Positions 60,073-64,000 of a stretch of DNA of 64,000 nucleotides are shown here, piece after piece. Under the pieces are notes generated by a model, which did not search any database, was not told the DNA's origin, and worked only from the letters and a program-made list of their open reading frames with translations. Numbering within the stretch: the first letter of the stretch is position 1; every line of letters begins with the position of its first letter. A program made the translations under genes and the position numbers. Origin of the DNA: an archaeon (GTDB lineage Archaea > Asgardarchaeota > Thorarchaeia > Thorarchaeales > Thorarchaeaceae); the NCBI GenBank assembly GCA_024276825.1, contig JAJRWI010000010.1, positions 64,001 to 128,000 on the forward strand, read 5' to 3'.

Positions 60073-61216
60073 GCTCTTTCTCTTTCTTGGCAATCTTTTT
60101 CTTTAGGCTCTCAATCCTCTTGTCCAGCTTCTTGGCCTGTTCCATATAGTTGTCCTTACTAATGGCCCCAGAGGCATGACGCTCTTCAATATGATCACGT
60201 AATTGTTGAACTGATTTTATCTCCTTCTTCAATGCCTTGATATCTTGCTTGATCTGTTCAATTCTGTTTTCGTCCTCTGTCCTGAATTGCTTTGCAGGAA
60301 TAATGACACCAAGCTGCTTTGTCGTGCTCTCGGCGAAGTCTTGAAATTGGTTTCTTAACGCTTCAATATTTAACTCGACTTTGGAGACCTTTTCATCAAG
60401 TTTTTCGACCATCTTTTGCAGGTCAAATATTGTATTTATAAGTCTGCGAAGTGTTAGCTCCATCTCTTTGGACACAGCACTTTCAGCAGGGGCCCTCACC
60501 TGTGTCTGCTCACGCTCTGCAACTTTGCTGGGCTTCACTGAGATTGCTAGCCCGCTGAGCCACTTGAATGCACTGACTGCAAAAGTCTTGTTTCCAGGGT
60601 GCTTAATCCCACCACCCTTTCTGAAGATCTCATAGCTACCCGAACAGATGACCCTTCCATCACCATATTCAGCTGCTGCAATCACAGGTGCAGCTGGAGG
60701 ATCAGATGTATCGGAGGTCTTAACGAGGACTGTTGCCTTTCCAGTCACTGATAGAGAGCATCCCGATGGATAGAGTATGTCATTAACATCTTCAGTAGCA
60801 GGATGAGCAGCAATGTCAGACAGGATTGGCATTGTGGGAAGTCCAGCATTGTTCCTGTCGTCCTTGACAGCAGTGTTGTCAAAAGTGATATCAAATGCCT
60901 CAGAGAGTTTGCTCAGATTGTTCATCAAACCACGGTCGCCGCCAGAGAGAGCGAGTAGGAAGAGACCACCACCATTAGCAACAAACTTTTTCAACGCTTC
61001 AATCTCTGGAGCTCTGAGCTTTGAGCTGTTCGGACATCCAAAAACAATTACATTGGCCTCACCAATCTTCTTTGGAAGAATCATATATTCGGTATAGGAC
61101 TCAACTGCGAAGTTATTGTCCTTCAACAATTGAGCAAGATCCGAATATGTAGTGTCGATGCGTCCGCGCTCGTTCTGGGTCCTATCAAAGAAGATCGTTT
61201 TTCTTTCACTGCTCAA
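60050..61216 (-). CDS. GIFT (IFT52/GldG-like) domain protein with a C-terminal coiled coil
   Basis: TIFFD...E, EIEALKKFVANGGGL, GGD....NL..L...F.I.F, YP.G.SL.V and GRV..SGS...N......FKWL, then long heptad repeats. Confidence 0.72.
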   Translation of the reverse strand: MSSERKTIFFDRTQNERGRIDTTYSDLAQLLKDNNFAVESYTEYMILPKKIGEANVIVFGCPNSSKLRAPEIEALKKFVANGGGLFLLALSGGDRGLMNNLSKLSEAFDITFDNTAVKDDRNNAGLPTMPILSDIAAHPATEDVNDILYPSGCSLSVTGKATVLVKTSDTSDPPAAPVIAAAEYGDGRVICSGSYEIFRKGGGIKHPGNKTFAVSAFKWLSGLAISVKPSKVAEREQTQVRAPAESAVSKEMELTLRRLINTIFDLQKMVEKLDEKVSKVELNIEALRNQFQDFAESTTKQLGVIIPAKQFRTEDENRIEQIKQDIKALKKEIKSVQQLRDHIEERHASGAISKDNYMEQAKKLDKRIESLKKKIAKKEKELKELTAE

Positions 61217-61327
61217 TGCATTTCACCACATTTACCAATACATGTTAGCATGCGCTTAGACTAATGTAATTTTTGCATGCGATTCAATTCGAATATTTTA
61301 TCAAATTGTCAAGCTGAATATAATGTC

Positions 61328-61756
61328 ATGAGTAATTCAGAGAACTGCATATTCTGTAAGATAGTCAAGGGTGAGATTCCTGCATCGGTCATTTTTGAAG
61401 ATGATCAATGCATGGCATTCATGGACATATTTCCAGTCAGTAAGGGACACTGTCTATTAATTCCAAAAGAACACTATGTCAACATGATGGATGTAGACCT
61501 AGATGTTCTAGCTCACCTTAGTAAGAAACTGGCTGAACTGACTCGCAAGGTGCACAAAGTCTTGAGGCCTGATGGAATCCTCAACTCGGTGGCAAATGGA
61601 AAGGGTGCAGGACAAGAAGTCCCACACCTGCATTTTCATATTATTCCGAGAAATGTTGGAGACCCATTTGGGTTCAGGTTCCCGCCAGACTATCGTGAGT
61701 CGATGGCCCCAAGAGAGGAACTCGACTCGTTGGCGGAAAAGTTTAGGAGTGCTTAA
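61328..61756 (+). CDS. HIT family nucleotide hydrolase
   Basis: CIFCKIV, GH.LLIPK and AGQEVPHLHFHIIPR. Confidence 0.94.
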   Translation: MSNSENCIFCKIVKGEIPASVIFEDDQCMAFMDIFPVSKGHCLLIPKEHYVNMMDVDLDVLAHLSKKLAELTRKVHKVLRPDGILNSVANGKGAGQEVPHLHFHIIPRNVGDPFGFRFPPDYRESMAPREELDSLAEKFRSA

Positions 61757-62196
61757 TCTGACTGAAGATTAAGAAGGTTCAGGCCGGTCTTTTCATCATA
61801 GGTCCGAAGCAATTGGTAGTCAATACTAGTTATCATGAGTTCCAGAGTGACCGACACCTTGCATCCGGGCATCACATGGCCCCCATAGCAGTTTCCTTGC
61901 TTGTCAGCAGCGACCATGTGGGCATGCACTACGATAGCACCATCCTTCAATGTGGAGATGTTGCCCATACATGAAACCACCTCCAGATGACGATCAATGT
62001 CGAATGCCCTGTACTCGCCTTTTGCTGCGTCAAAGAATCCAAGGGTTGCTCTTGAAATCGCACCAATTGCGTTCAGATACCCAGAGGTGATATTATGCTC
62101 CCTAGCTATTTTTTGAATCGACTCGAGAATGTCATCATCAGGATATAGTCTAGCAACAATAATGGATTGAGCCTTTGTCTTTATAGAGCCTGCCAT
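61753..62196 (-). CDS. PPC/DUF296 domain protein
   Basis: ARL.P, AIGA, EVVSCMGNI, HAHM and GGH. Confidence 0.9.
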   Translation of the reverse strand: MAGSIKTKAQSIIVARLYPDDDILESIQKIAREHNITSGYLNAIGAISRATLGFFDAAKGEYRAFDIDRHLEVVSCMGNISTLKDGAIVVHAHMVAADKQGNCYGGHVMPGCKVSVTLELMITSIDYQLLRTYDEKTGLNLLNLQSD

Positions 62197-62302
62197 GTCT
62201 AAAGAGGGGTTATTACCAGTTAATGAAGAATTCGCTGTGGATTCACAATCTTGAAAGAGGAAGAGCTTATCAATGAAAAGTATCCACAATTAATTGACAA
62301 AG

Positions 62303-64000
62303 ATGGACCGTGATAATGAATCTGAACCTGATCAGGCAACACTAGACGATTTCTTTGAATCAGTCCGTGATGCAGAGGACCAAGGTCATAATCAGCAGCA
62401 AGACCAGCCCGCATCTAAGGATCGGAGGGCTGAAGAAACAGAAGAGATCATCGAGCCACCAGAAGAGGAGCTTGAGGACTATCCAGTTGATATTGATCAT
62501 GCCCCGCCAAAAGAGATTGAAGACATTCCGCCATTGAATGATATTGGTGAAGAAGACACCCCTGATAATCTTCCGCCGTCGATTCTCATATCTGTTGATT
62601 ATTCAGGAGCAAGAAAGAAAGCAGTGCTGAAGTTATACAATCCTGAAACCGAACGTGTCTATTTCTGGTATGACAACACCGGTCATCAGCCTTATTGTTA
62701 TACGGACTTTCCGCCACAAGTTGCTGAGAAAATTGCGAAACGAAACAAAGGCTTTGTTAGAGTTGAAACTGTCAATCTAAAGGACCTCATAAGAGATCAA
62801 GAGAGAGAAATGACCAAAGTTATTGCAGGAGACCCATTGTCCATCGGAGGAGCGAGAGGTTCAATAAGGGAGTTTCTAGTTAAGCGAGGCCCGATGGGTG
62901 AAGAGATCAATCATGCATGGGAGGCAAACATAAGATATCATAATTGTTACACTTACGATCAGAACCTTGTTCCGGGCATGACATATAGGATAGAGAATGG
63001 GGAGCTTATTCATGTTTCGCCCAAGGTGGACAAGAAGACACTTGACAGATTTGTCAAGACTCTCGGTGAGGAGGAAGGTATAGAGGACATCATTGAAACC
63101 TATTCACCAATGTTCTTTACAGATGCGCCATACATAAAGCGAATTGCTGTAGACATTGAAGTGTTCACTCCGGTCAGAAACAGGGTGCCCGACGCAAAGA
63201 CTGCCCCATACAAGGTCATTGCTATTGGACTTTCAGACAACGAGGGATTCAACAAGTGCTTTGTGCTCAAAATGAAGGGCATCAATTGGGGCAAGAAGAA
63301 GAAGGACTTTCCAAAGGAACTTGAGATTGTGACTTTCGATGATGAGAGAGAGATGTTGATTGAAGCATTTAAGATACTTGACCAATATCCCATAGTCCTG
63401 ACTTTTGTGGGTGATGCCTTTGACCTTCAGTATTTGTACAATCGGGCAGACAAACTGAATATTGACAAGAGCAAGTATTGTCCGATAAGACTCAGTCAGA
63501 ATAGAGAGACCGCCTTCATGAAGAGGGGTGTACATATAGACCTTTATCGGTTTCTCAAAAACCCCTCCATTAGAATCTATGCATTGTCGGCAGCATATGA
63601 TCAGATAAAGCTGGAAACGGTTGCTCAAGGACTGTTAGGTGAGGGGAAGCTCGAACTGTCAACAGACATATCTTCACTCTCATACTATGAACTTGCCCAT
63701 TATTGTTGGAGAGATGCCAATATTACACTTAGACTGACAATGTTCGATAACAACCTGTTGATACGTCTGATAATCCTGTTCATGCGTATCTCACGCTTGT
63801 CCATGGAAGATGTCACCAGACTTTACATATCATCATGGTTGCAGTCATTGTTTAGACAAGAGCATCGGCGGCATCACTATTTGATTCCTCGACAGATTGA
63901 CATTGAAACCGCCAAGAGTTCAGAGGCTCATACCGAGTCTGTAATCAAGGACAAGGCCTTCAAGGGGGCCATAGTAATCGAGCCGATAGCAGGTGTTCAT
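62303..64000 (+). CDS. polB1: Family B DNA polymerase, PolB1 type; 3'-truncated by the window edge (absent from the ORF track)
   Basis: Manual translation gives SVDYSG..KKAVLKLY...YDNTGHQPY, ExoI AVDIEV, ExoII TFVGDAFD, ExoIII YCWRDA and KGAIVIEP. Confidence 0.93.
   Translation, partial: MDRDNESEPDQATLDDFFESVRDAEDQGHNQQQDQPASKDRRAEETEEIIEPPEEELEDYPVDIDHAPPKEIEDIPPLNDIGEEDTPDNLPPSILISVDYSGARKKAVLKLYNPETERVYFWYDNTGHQPYCYTDFPPQVAEKIAKRNKGFVRVETVNLKDLIRDQEREMTKVIAGDPLSIGGARGSIREFLVKRGPMGEEINHAWEANIRYHNCYTYDQNLVPGMTYRIENGELIHVSPKVDKKTLDRFVKTLGEEEGIEDIIETYSPMFFTDAPYIKRIAVDIEVFTPVRNRVPDAKTAPYKVIAIGLSDNEGFNKCFVLKMKGINWGKKKKDFPKELEIVTFDDEREMLIEAFKILDQYPIVLTFVGDAFDLQYLYNRADKLNIDKSKYCPIRLSQNRETAFMKRGVHIDLYRFLKNPSIRIYALSAAYDQIKLETVAQGLLGEGKLELSTDISSLSYYELAHYCWRDANITLRLTMFDNNLLIRLIILFMRISRLSMEDVTRLYISSWLQSLFRQEHRRHHYLIPRQIDIETAKSSEAHTESVIKDKAFKGAIVIEPIAGVH

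Overview
This is an archaeal chromosomal segment, most likely from an Asgard archaeon (Thorarchaeia-like). That assignment is inferred from aIF5A, aABCE1, archaeal TPI, FBP aldolase/phosphatase, ArcS-RaSEA, PolB1 and a stand-alone longin-like protein. Most of the window is housekeeping: NOB1, NAD kinase, a Ni/Co ECF transporter with NikR, nurA-herA-mre11-rad50, an Hrq1/MrfA helicase, archaeosine synthesis, and a PolB1 that runs off the right edge. There are three tRNA genes: Leu-CAG, Arg-CCG and Arg-GCG. The most interesting signals are candidate eukaryote-like trafficking proteins: (i) a signal-less beta-sandwich protein whose N-terminus resembles the mu-homology domain of delta-COP/AP-mu, apparently co-transcribed with a metal-ligand-less MBL-fold pseudoenzyme; (ii) a cytoplasmic IFT52-like GIFT-domain plus coiled-coil protein; (iii) a SNAP/TPR-like solenoid convergent with a Cys/His-decorated longin. 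Also notable are a 3.3 kb AT-rich export cassette bracketed by two 75/78-identical tRNA-Arg genes, a divergent PCNA paralogue, several apparent pseudoenzymes, and four disrupted accessory genes. I saw no CRISPR array, integrase or transposase. All family assignments come from motif recognition by eye, not from database searches.
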